Assembly (NCBI RefSeq): GCF_964194155.1
Contig: NC_135890.1
Coordinates: 39,370,001-39,434,000, forward strand
Direction of reading: 5' to 3'
DNA length: 64,000 nucleotides
DNA from: Cetorhinus maximus
Lineage: Eukaryota
Part shown: piece after piece, positions 38,931 to 50,063 of the stretch
How positions within the stretch are numbered: the first letter of the stretch is position 1
Layout of the letters: each line of letters begins with the position of its first letter
Notes under the pieces: model-generated
Database searches by the model: none
What the model saw: the letters and a program-made list of their open reading frames with translations, nothing else
Told to the model about the DNA's origin: nothing
Program-made: the position numbers and the translations under genes

Positions 38931-39680
38931 ATTATTCAGGAGAAATTTATCAGCTTTAACAAGGCCTCTAGCTGTAGCAGCAGACATTTATCAATAATTG
39001 TTACAACTTTTAAAGTTGTTAATTTATGTTAGGGCTCGGATATTATTGATCCCGGAACATTAGAAATAAGAAAAACTTCTTAAATTATCCTGTATCTTCA
39101 CAAGATCTATTTGTTAGAGAAGCCCGAAGGGCAAAATTGGCAAAAGCAAGCATCTGTGGAATGTCCTCCTCATTTCCTGACAATTAGCATTCAGCTTTGA
39201 ATGAGATATGTAACTGAACTACAACTCTACTGACCTCAAATTACCATGTCATCCCAACGTGATAGCTTCACCCAAAAACAATTAACAGGCAATGCATTAC
39301 CCTAAAGTCTGGATTTTAAAGTTTACAAAGGATCTTTCTTCAAAAAAGTTATTGGTTAATGGGGAAAAATACACATTTCAACTAAGCTTGCTGAATTCAC
39401 GTGCCATGATCATTTATATATGCATAGCATCTTTCTGTAACCGTTTCTTTGATTAGCTCATACTCAAATTCCATCACTCTTTCCTGGTATGTCGGTTTCC
39501 ATTCCTCCATTCAGAATGTGATTTTGTTCAATTAGGCATTTTTGTGTTTTTTTGTTAACAGAAATTCCATCCCCATAATTTCTAGAATCCCATGCATCAC
39601 TTTAAATAATAAGAGTTAACAAAAGAACAAGTTTACACATAAAATCCCCAAAGTATTTCTTTCACAAAAATTAAACACTT

Positions 39681-40960
39681 AGGGCAGAATTTTCCCAGCC
39701 CATTGAAGACGGGATTGGGGGCGAGATGGATATCGGGTTGGGATCCCAATGTGGTCCTGCCCTCTGCTGGCTTTCTCCGGGGTGGCATTGAACACTTTTG
39801 GATCTGCCAGGTAAGTAATTAAGAAGTTCACATAGTTAAGAAGCCAATTATGAGGTGCCTTATCCCTGAACCCTGGATTTTCCAGCCATGGTATATGTTT
39901 CCTGAACTGTCAGCAACTTAGCAGGGCCATTGATACGCGTACCGAGCAGAAAGAGCTTCTTCAGTGAAACTGACGAACTGGGAAAATTTTGATCAGTTAC
40001 ACTGAACAGCTCAAGCCATGGCCATTGTGAGACTTGTTTTGAGCACTCCTGCTCTCACAGAGTACTTTCAGTGCTTGATGGTGATTGTCAACTTCTTGGA
40101 ATGTACTTCACCTTTCCAGCACTTCATTTACCTTCATGCTGTACTTCCCTGCTGCCAGCTTTCACCATGGCATGGGAGCAGTTCCACTTCTGCTAAAGGT
40201 CAATAGCAGAGACCACATCATTGCCAACTGCTCCTGCAGCACTAACTGCTGTCTCCTTAGCCACATGCCCCTCCACAGGGCAGACGGGATGGACACAGAT
40301 TCAGCTGGAAGGCAGCAAGTCCCCTCCCCCAACCCCAACCCAGGGTCTAATGTCAGAGGATCAGTTCTCTGAACATGTCTGAGCACCAGTGCCTCAGGTT
40401 CTCATGGCAAGTCACTGCTGACATCTGCAGTCCCCTGGAACAAGATTTCCTTCCCAGTGGAGCAGGTGGGCACACACTGCCAATGGCCAATAAGATGCTT
40501 GTCTCTGGAGGACGATCACCCCTTCAACCACTGGGTCTCTGCCTCTAGCCAAGTTGTGTGTTCTCTTCTCCTGCAAGGTGGGGGTGTGAGGTGCCTGTTG
40601 GGAGAGGAATGAGTGGAACTGCAAGGTGTATTGACCTGAGTGAGGAATGCTATGCAGGAGATTGCTGAGAAAGTCAAGTGCGTGGGACTTGGAATCTGAA
40701 AGTTTTTATGCCACTCACCTTTAATGCCTTCCTGAGGTCACAGATCCTCTTGGTGCACTCTCTCCATGTTGGGGGGGAGCAAACTTTTGCTGCTGATTTC
40801 CTTGGTTACTTCCATCCATTCTGTCACATGTTGTTGTCCCTTTAATTAGCGATCCTTTCTTTGACAGAATAGACACATCACCCAGCCCACCTTCCTTGAT
40901 TGGCCAGGGAATTGTTCCTTCCTACACCACCTCTCCGATCATACATTTAATCCCTTAATC
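39681..40960. mobile_element. Internally deleted, decayed Harbinger-type element
   Basis: Left end GGGCAGAATTTTC; plus-strand transposase remnant LNMSEHQCLR (about 40369); minus-strand Myb/SANT-like remnant EWMEVTKEISS...TWRECTKRICDLRK followed by gtgagt (about 40720-40825). Confidence 0.6.
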
Positions 40961-41129
40961 AGGGCATTTAAATGTGGTGATTTACTTGCAATGCAAATAT
41001 GGAAAATCAAGCAGCCAGGTAACGAGATACTATTATTAGCCCAGTCTATCACTGACCAAGGTGAAGGTAATCATCTCAGACTGGTAATACACTGCATTAC
41101 CAACAATATTAATACCCAGTACAAGGGGA

Positions 41130-41950
41130 GCCCATTTGGTCCATTGCTCTTATGTTGATGCTAACTCTTCATCTGGACCCAATAACTAATTTCCTCCTTT
41201 CCCCCACCATCCCCCTTGTTCTTTTATATGCATTCATTTCAAATATTTCTTGATTATACACTGTGCCAATAACTACTTGTGATAAAGTATTCCATGTTCT
41301 TATACCCCCATCCCTAAATGAAGCAATTGTTTTGCGTGATCTTCGAGTGATAATCCTCAATCTATGTAAACTGATGCAACCAAGAGAAACAATCCTTCAC
41401 TATTTACCCTCTCAAAATTGATAACTTTCAAAACTAAAATTATATACCCCTGAATTTTCTCAGTTACAATAGAAAGGTCAAATTTGTTAGTCCTTTTTCC
41501 ACAACCAGAACCTCTAATTCCAGATACCATTCCTGTGAATCTTCACTGTGCTTTTTCATGGTTCCAATATCCTTGCTTTAATATTGTTTCCAAAACAACT
41601 TCGATCAATGTATGCATTTAACATCACCTTCCTTGTCTTTTTTATGCAAATGCCTCTTCATACAAAACCCAGAATCCTATTAGCCATCTCATTCTTATTC
41701 TATCTGCAATCTCATGTTTAAGTATTTGCACTCAGAGAACTTTGATTCCTCCACTCAAAAAATTACATTATTTATAGTCTACTTCCATTATGGTTATTTT
41801 CTCCTAAATTTAAAACTTTAGATTTCTTGGTATGGAACTGTATATACTCGCTTACTATTGTAGCCTGCCTATGCCCTTCTACATTCTTCCTCACAGATAA
41901 CAATGTCCCTGATTTTGTATCATCAGCAGAATTAGATATTTTGTCTTTTG
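41130..41950 (-). mobile_element. Very old CR1 fragment
   Basis: KISNSADDTK and QFHTKKSKVLNLG remnants. Confidence 0.5.
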
Positions 41951-42377
41951 TGCCTGGGCCCAAATAACTTTTACGAATGGAAAATGAAAAAAAATGCCCC
42001 CCCATAGATTCCAGGGATTTGCCACTACCAACACCCCACAAGTTCGATTCCTGCTGCCAAATACTGAAAAGTACTTGTTCCCCTTAAGTCAATATATTAA
42101 GTTAGGTCCTACAAGTTTTGATTGATCTCAGAATTGCAGATATAGCCAGCGTGGTGAATCAGCTAAAGCTGCCTTAGTTAATCCCTAACAAAAACTAGAT
42201 GAATACCTGGTTAAAAATTTGGACTGGATAGTCTAAGAATGACTTTGGACATGATTAAACATCGATTGGACCACAAGTTAGGTCGTGTAAAATGTAACTG
42301 CTTGAAATTAAATAATGTGGATTGGTACATTAGGTGGAACTTTGCTGTCTTAGGGTTCAATTTGCATAGTTTTATCT

Positions 42378-43047
42378 TGATCCTGGGGGTTACAATTGAC
42401 CAGAAACTGAACTGGACTAGCTATATAAATACTGTGGCTACAAGAGCAGGTCAGAGGCTAGGAATCCTGCAGCGAGTAACTCACCTCCTGACTACCCAAA
42501 ACCTGTCCACCATCTACAAGGCACAAGTCAGGACTGTGATGGATTACTTTCCACTTGCCTGGATGAGTGCAGCTCCAACAACACTCAGGAGCTTGGCACC
42601 ATCCAGGACAAAGCAGCCTGCTTGATTGGCAACACATCCACAAACATTCATTCCCTCCACCACCAACGAACAGTGGCAGCAGTGTGTACCATTTACAAGA
42701 TGCACTGCAGGAGCTCACCAAGGCTCCTTAGGCAGCATCTTCCAAACCCACGACCAATACCATCTAGAAGGACAAGGGCAGCAGATACATGGGAACACCA
42801 CCACCTGGAAGTTCCCCTCCAAGCCACTCACCATCCTGACTTGAAAATGTATTGCCGTTCCTTCACTGTCGCTGGGTCAAAATCCTGGAACTCTCTCCCT
42901 AACAGCCCTGTGGGTGTACCTACACTACAGGGACTGCAGTGGTTCAAGAAGGCAGCTCGCAACTACCTTCTCAAGGGCAAATAGGGATGGACAATAAATG
43001 CCGGCCTAGTCAGCAACGCCCATATCCCGTAAATGAATTTAAAAAAA
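42378..43047 (+). mobile_element. HER1-like LINE 3' fragment
   Basis: ILGVTIDQKLNW...YKAQVR..MDYFPLAW; SKSWNSLPN. Confidence 0.9.
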
Positions 43048-43672
43048 TCTTAGAGAGGGTATGCCTGTGAATATTTACATTCCGCAAACTAGTTCAGTTG
43101 CATGGAACAACAGTAATGCAAGCTGCACAAGGTCTTCTGGGAGGGCCAGACTAGATGAGCCAAATTGCCCTGTCTCATCTTATACTTTGGAATGTACTTA
43201 TCCATTATCATGCTTATCACACATGTAAAATCAGCAGTTTACTTGGAATTGGATTTGGAAAATTATCAAGGACAGAAATCACCATCACAGGCAAAATGTA
43301 CACCTCATATCGTGCATCTAAAACAAATACCATTAGCAAAGTCAACTCCCATTAAACAAAATGAACACCTTTCAATGAAATTCAAATTAAAATGAGTGAA
43401 TTTTGTACTTTACTGTATATTCTTAATTATGAATATCAAAACATATCCTTTATTCACTTAATGTGTAAAAATTATAACTGGGGCCAATGATGTGTGAAAC
43501 TTAAATATTCACTTAATAAAAATAAAGCACGAAACTGCTTTTGTTACTAGACATTACTATAAATTTGTTGAGAGAAAATAGTTCTATATTATCATTTCTT
43601 CTACATTTAATGTAAGCACTTACTTAACCCAGGCAGTAATGATTTTGTAATTATTAGTTACCAGCTACTCAC

Positions 43673-43837
43673 TTGCCAAATACTCTTTTTCACCTGCAGA
43701 ATCCTCTTCACATTCACCATCACTACCTTTCTCATCAAGTAGAATTTGCTTCTGTTTTGATGTAGCTCCAGCTGCTGCTCGCCTTTGTCTAGGTCGAACT
43801 GATGTGCCTTCAGTTTCAGCAGAAATCTTATCTAAGG
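43673..43837 (-). CDS. RAD51AP1: RAD51AP1 coding exon 5 (LDKISAETEGTSVRPRQRRAAAGATSKQKQILLDEKGSDGE...)
   Basis: tttttctatag acceptor, gtgagt donor, 165 nt, phase 1-1; LDKI...RxAA...QxxILL motif. Confidence 0.92.
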
Positions 43838-44044
43838 CTATAGAAAAACACTAGCTATGAATTACAACAGTCATTGTGCTGAATAGCATAATAAAATAAA
43901 ACATAATACTAATAATCTACAATTTATTGTATAGTAAAAATGGTACATGTAGCATACATTTTCCCTCTGCCAAATTCCTGCATTTCCTGCCAGTAACACT
44001 TGATAAATACTTGAGTAAATGACAAAGCTAGGATTCTGCCCCGC

Positions 44045-46485
44045 AGTATGTAGTTTAACTAGTTAAGCTATAAATTTAATGCAATACTTGCATCGCCCCA
44101 GTACTGAATAAAAACCATTACTCCCATTCAGAGGGACAAAATCTTAAAACTCACTAACCAATCACATATCCAGTCTTCTATTTAATGCCTTTGAACACTC
44201 ACCAGCTACTAGAGGCTGAAAACAATATATTAAAAGCAGCACCTCCTTCCCCCTCTGCACTGAATTCTCACCTGCACCAAATTCCCAAGTTAGCACTCGT
44301 ACTTTGAAGCACTCTGTCCTCAGCCTAATCTGTGCCCTGGAGCCTAACCAGCAATCAAACCTTTCAGAGATTTTTAAAATTCTGCTATTTGCTTCTACCC
44401 CTTTTATGTGGTAGGAGCCCAGGATACCGGCAAGATACAAACACTATTGCATTAAAATTTATAGCTTAACTGGTTAAACTACATACTTAATACAATTCAT
44501 TTAGCAGTCAAGTGATATTTCCAAACTTAATCTAAGTAGTTAAATAAAACACAACAAAGATAGCAGGGCAGGCAATATGTTACAACTATAGATGTGGGAA
44601 CTGGTGGAAACTGTTGTGATCCACAGCAACCACATCTGCAGCAAGTCTCTAAAACTGAAGCAACTTCAGTTCAGAGTTGATGAGCTGGAGTCCAAACTTC
44701 GGACACTGTGATGCATCGGGGAAGGGTACAGATACCTGGAAATTTTATTCCAGGAGGTAGTCACACCCCTTAGGCTAGGTACTTCTATTTAGTCTGTGGT
44801 CAGGGGCAGGAGAGTGCGACTGCGAGTGAGGCAGGTATGAGGACCTCAGAAATAGCAATGAAGGAGCCTCAGCCCTTGCCAACTGTCCAACAGGTTCAAT
44901 GTTCTTGCAGCTTGAGTGGACGAGAGCAGGGGCTGCAGGGAGGATGAGCAAATTGACCACGGCATTATGGCACAGGGAGCCATTCAACTTGGGGGTCATG
45001 GTGGGGGGAGGGGGGGCAGTGGAGTAAAAGGGAATATGACTGTAGAAGTGGAAAGTATAGTTAGGATAGGTCCTGTTCTCTGCAGCTGAGAGGTTGAGAC
45101 CCGAAGGCTGTATTGCATGTCCAGCACCAGGGTTAGGGACATCTTCTCGAGACTGGAGAGGAACTTGAAGGGGAAGGATCCAGTGCTGCGGTGCATGTGG
45201 GTACCAATGATAGAGGTAGGATCAAGAAAGAGAAACCGCTGAGGGAGTATGAGCAGCTAGGGACTAAATCAAAAAAGCAGAACCTCAAAAGGTGATATTT
45301 CTGGATTACTACCTGAGCCATGAGAAAGTTGGCATGGGATGAATAAGATCAGAGTTGAATGCGTGGCTCAAAGATTAGTGTGGGAGAAATGGGTTTCAAT
45401 TCATGGGACACTGGCACCAGTAAGTGCAGGAAGGTGGCACTGAGGTAGAAGATCAACCAGGATCTAGTCAAATGGCAGAGCAGGCCAAAAGGCCTACTCC
45501 TGCTCCTATGTAGCTATATACTGTTACAATGGCCTTCACCTGAACTGCGCTGGGACCAGTGTACTGGTGAATCATAAAACTAGTGAAGTGAGGGCTTTAA
45601 AATAGCGGGGGAGATGGTTCAGGTGAGGGGAGATTTGGAAAGTTAGCGTAAAGGGACAAGGCAGGGTAGCGACGTGGGAATGATAACCAGAGTGTGACAG
45701 GAAGGGACAGAGCATACAAACATAAGAATGCACTAGCAAATAAGGTCACAGTAGGGAAAAATCGTAAAAAGACAGAGTAAAAGGCTCTTCATCTGAATGC
45801 ACGCAGCATGGATGAACTGATAGCACAGATAGAGGGGAGGTAATGGCATAGTGGTATTGTCACTGGACTAGTAATCCAGAGACCCAGAGTAGTGCTCTGG
45901 GGACCCGGGTTCGAACCCCACCACGGCAGATGGTGGAATTTGAGTTCAATAAAAATGTGGAATTAAAAGCCTAATGATGGCCATGAAACCATTGTCAATT
46001 GTTGCATCTGGTGACACCAGACCACATAGCAATGTGGTTGACTCTTAAATGCCCTCTGAACAAGGAACGATACCCACATTCCATGAATAAATAAATGATC
46101 ATGGTTGCAAGATGACCACAGCTGGGAACAAATATTCAAGGGTATTTGGCATTTCGGAAGGAAAGGAAAAGAAGATGGGGTAGCTCTGTTAATAAAGGAT
46201 GAGATCAATACAGAAATGAGAAATGGTCTTGGCTTGGAAGATCAAAATGTAGAATCATTTTGTATGGAGATAAGAAATAGCAAAGAAGTCACTGGTGGGA
46301 GGAGTTTATAGAGCCCCTGACAGTAGCTACACTGTAGAGCAGTGTATAAATCAAGAAATAATGGGGACTTGTAAGAAAGGTACTGCAATAACCATGGGAG
46401 ATTTCAATCTTCATATTGACAAATCAAATTGGCAAAAGAAGCCTGAAGGCTGACTTTATTGAGCATGTTCAGGACAGCTTCTTAG
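44045..46485 (+). mobile_element. CR1 5' portion: inverted 5' UTR, decayed ORF1 (Zn finger + SGNH esterase) and endonuclease start
   Basis: MWE...HICSK, VDELE, VHVGTND, LNARS, GDFNL remnants; nested insertions. Confidence 0.75.
45836..46095 (+). mobile_element. HE1-like SINE nested in CR1
   Basis: TGGCATAGTGG A box, GGTTCGAACCC B box; matches 34805 copy. Confidence 0.8.
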
Positions 46486-46600
46486 AACCATGGACTGCAG
46501 TGGTTCAAGGAGGCAGCTCACCACCATCTTCTCAAGGGCAATTAGAGATGGGCAATAAATGCTGGCCTAGCCAGCAATGTCCACATCCCATGAACTAATT
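46486..46600 (+). mobile_element. HER1-like LINE 3' tail
   Basis: GGACTGCAGTGGTTCAAG...GGGCAATAAATGCTGGCC. Confidence 0.75.
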
Positions 46601-47133
46601 TTTACAAATGACTGTTTTTCCAACCTCCATGCAGATGGGTCCTTCCTACAGACATGCCACTTCAGTATAGTTCTCTCGCCAGTCACTGGGACTATACCCA
46701 TGACTTTGTTGCAGAGCACAATACTTGTTAGTAATTTTTTCCAGCCCAGATTAAAAATTTTTACTAAGGGCAGGCCTTAGCCAGAGTAGAAACAAAGGAT
46801 CAACTTTTTGTTGAATTATGTATTCTTGAAAATAACTCACTGAGCCCACTCATCATACTAAAGGAGATGGAGGGAGTTCAACAACTTCTGAATATCATAA
46901 AATACCTTCTATTTAAAAAGGTGGGATGTCTCAGTCCTAACTACATTTCCACCTTTAAAATACGAGTACTAAATACCTATTATCAATGGGGTGGAAAATT
47001 CTGTTTTGCTTCAGCCCAATTACACAAAATGTTTTGTTACGTTTATTGAGATAACAATTCAACTGGGATAAGAATTGTGTTATTTACTAAAGCATTGATG
47101 GCATCTACCTTGTTAAAAGATGTCAGTTCTCAC

Positions 47134-47213
47134 CTTCACTGGTTGGCTCTTGCACTGATAGGACTAATGCAGCTTCTAAGTTTCTTTGATAAAGCTTTTC
47201 ATCAAGTGGCAAT
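47134..47213 (-). CDS. RAD51AP1: RAD51AP1 coding exon 4 (LPLDEKLYQRNLEAALVLSVQEPTSE)
   Basis: cag acceptor, gtgaga donor, 80 nt, phase 2 to 1; resembles the conserved LDDKLYQRDLEVALALS block. Confidence 0.93.
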
Positions 47214-47283
47214 CTGTATTATTAAGCAATCTGTTCAAATTATCAAAATTCCAAAGCAAACAGCATTAACAGCCCAAGTACAA

Positions 47284-47363
47284 GGAAAAGTACACAGACA
47301 TGCACATTATCAATAAATATTTGGAAAAGTACACAGACATGCACATTATCAATAAATATTTGG
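47284..47363. repeat. Exact 39-bp tandem duplication
   Basis: GGAAAAGTACACAGACATGCACATTATCAATAAATATTT x2. Confidence 0.9.
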
Positions 47364-48133
47364 CAACACAAAGAAAAAACATCTCTCCAAATCTTCACAA
47401 ATTAAACAATGACAATGATTATTGGTATTTCTCATTTCTCCCTCACTCATTTAACAGCACAGTTATTATGAATATGCTCAATTGCTTCACGTTCTTTTTT
47501 TCTTTTGCTGGCAACAGTCTTCAGAATTGAAATGAATGGTTAGAATTTTGCTGCAAAGATTAACCAAATCTTTGAAATCTGTCTATGGGATATTTGAAGT
47601 CTTGAAGAATTGAGTTAAGGGAATAAAGTAAAATTGCTGATAATAACAAAATCAAAATGAGATAAGTACCCCTGGGAACTGGCCACTCATTAAAAAGAAA
47701 ACATTACACTTCAATGAAAGCGTGACACTGAGGAAGGACAAGCTGATGTCACTAGTTGGGTTTGCCAATAAATACTTTTGCACTGACCAGCAGGGACTAA
47801 TTTTCCACTCAGTGGTAGCACATTTAATAGAGTTTTGTTGTTTAAAGAACGGTAATTTTTAATAAATAGAATTAGAACATACAAATTGACAGATATCACT
47901 TTTAAGAAAGAAAAAAACTCGCATTTATTCACATTTATTTATTTAGAATAGCCTGCAAAATTGTAAGCTGATCAGTGATCCTGTGTGTATTGCAAGGTAT
48001 GAAGGGAAAAAAATTTGATGGAAGAGGAAGGAGTGATACTGATTCTGCATGCAAGAGGAAAACTAGGCTGTGGTGATATCCCAACTCTTAGCAGTGCTCA
48101 CTGATATCATCTTATGTTACAAACAAACATCAC

Positions 48134-48275
48134 CTTTCCTTAGTTAGTTCCTTTTTGACCTTTGCATCTTGACTGCCAGAATTTTTAATATTTTTTTCTT
48201 TTCTTTGCTTCTGATCCTTAGGCATTAGACGGGACTTTTTACTTGGAGGAGCAGATACACATGCAAAATCTTCAT
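48134..48275 (-). CDS. RAD51AP1: RAD51AP1 coding exon 3 (DEDFACVSAPPSKKSRLMPKDQKQRKEKNIKNSGSQDAKVKKELTKER)
   Basis: tttttgcag acceptor, gtgatg donor, 142 nt open, phase 1 to 2; DDF...P..KKSR motif. Confidence 0.92.
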
Positions 48276-48815
48276 CTGCAAAAACATATGTATAAACACT
48301 GAAAAATATTCACTGTTCCAGTGTACACGCAATTGTTCACTTGAGAAAAATCACTATCCTTGCAAAGCTCAAAGGTTAATGGATTATTTCACACAACATC
48401 AACTACAGGTAAGGAGAAACTTGTGAAATCAGGAAATGTTATTCTAGGCTAAAGAAACTAGGATCTGAGGTTAGTTTAACAGGTTACTAAACTAAATACT
48501 ACTTAGACAAGAAATGATGATTCAGCAAAACCAAACAAATGAAAAAGCATTGATTTCTAATTCTAAAGGGAGGTGATATGGGACTTAGACAGGAAACAAG
48601 AAACAATGGATAGAATCAGACTTCACGGATGATCAGAGAAATGGCTGGGCTTTATTTCTTAACATAGTATACATATTTTACCACTATATATGCTTCTTAA
48701 AAATGAGAGCTGTGTTTGCTGGAACAGAGAAAATTTAGGGTTGAGGGTTCAAGTCCAAGTCCAAATATTCAAAATTACGCAACAATTTGAGGTGGCTGGT
48801 GAAAACCTATTTCTA

Positions 48816-49696
48816 CATACGAACATACAAATTAGGAGCATGAATAGGCCATTCGGCCCCTCGAGCCTGCTCTGCCATTCAATTAGGTCATAGCTGATCT
48901 GAATGTAACCTCAACCCCACATTCCTGCATACCCCCAATAACCTTTCACCCCACTGTTAATCAAGAATCTATCTAGCTCTGCCTTAAAAATATTCAAAGA
49001 CTGCTTTCACCACCTTTTGAGGAAGAGAGTTCCAAAGACTCACTACCCACTGAGAGAAAAAAATTCTCTTCATCTCTGTCTTAAATGAGCGACCCCTTAT
49101 TTTTAAACAGTGACCCCTAGTTCCAGATTCTCCCACAAAAGGAAACATCCTCTTCACATCCACCCTGTCAGGACTCCTCAGGATCTTAAAGGTTTCAATT
49201 AAGTCGCCTCTTACTCTTCTAAATGCCAGTGGATACAAGCCTAACCTGTCCAACCTTTCCTCATAAGGCAACCCGCCCATTCCTGTAATTAGTCTAGTAA
49301 ATCTTCTCTGAACTACTTCTAACACATTTACATCTTTCTTTAAATAAGGAGACCAGTACTGTACACAATACTCCAGATGTGGTCTCACCAATGAACAGTA
49401 CAACTGAAGCTTAACCTCCCTACTTTTGTAATCAATTCCCCTCACAATAAATGATAACATTCTATTAGCTTTCCTAATTACCTGCTGTACCTGCATACTA
49501 ACCTTTTGTGATTCATGCACTAGGACATCCAGATCCCTCTGAATCTCAGAGCTCTGCAATCTCTCACCATTTAGATAATAAGCTTCATTTTTATTCTTCC
49601 GCCAAAATGAGCAATTTCACATTTGCCCACAGTACACTCCATTTGCCAGATGTTTGCCCACTCACTTAACCTATCTATGTCTCTTTGTAGCCTCCT
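48816..49696 (-). mobile_element. CR1 LINE 3' portion
   Basis: LVRPHLEYCVQYWSP, RGDLIETFKIL, WNSLPQKVV. Confidence 0.93.
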
Positions 49697-50016
49697 GCTA
49701 GTCAATAGATCAGGAACAAATAGATATAAACTCAGGGTTAGTACTTGAAGCATAAAGGAAGCAGTTAGCAGAAAATTTTCATGCTTAGAACATGGAATAC
49801 TTTACCATGTGACTATTTAAGATCACATTTAAATTGGAATTAAATAGGTGGAAAAAAAGGCCACAGGCAAACAGCATGAAAATGAGATTACAATAGGCAG
49901 CTCCAGTGTGGGAGCTCAAGCTGACACATGTGACTGCACGGCTTTGTTGCGCACCAAAATTTCTATATTTCATAGAAAGCCAATACACACGTTTTAAACT
50001 TTTACTCAAAACTCAC

Positions 50017-50063
50017 CATCATCAAAGTCTTCACACTGTGAATAATCTACAACTTTCTTGGTC
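50017..50063 (-). CDS. RAD51AP1: RAD51AP1 coding exon 2 (TKKVVDYSQCEDFDD)
   Basis: tag acceptor and gtgagt donor; 47 nt, phase 2 to 1; conserved KKxVxYSQ motif. Confidence 0.92.

Noticed and set aside
45836-45925. tRNA gene
   Set aside because: A/B boxes belong to a SINE head continuing into the SINE body; no cloverleaf.
47415-47580. Extra RAD51AP1 exon
   Set aside because: Stop codons in all three frames from the candidate acceptor.
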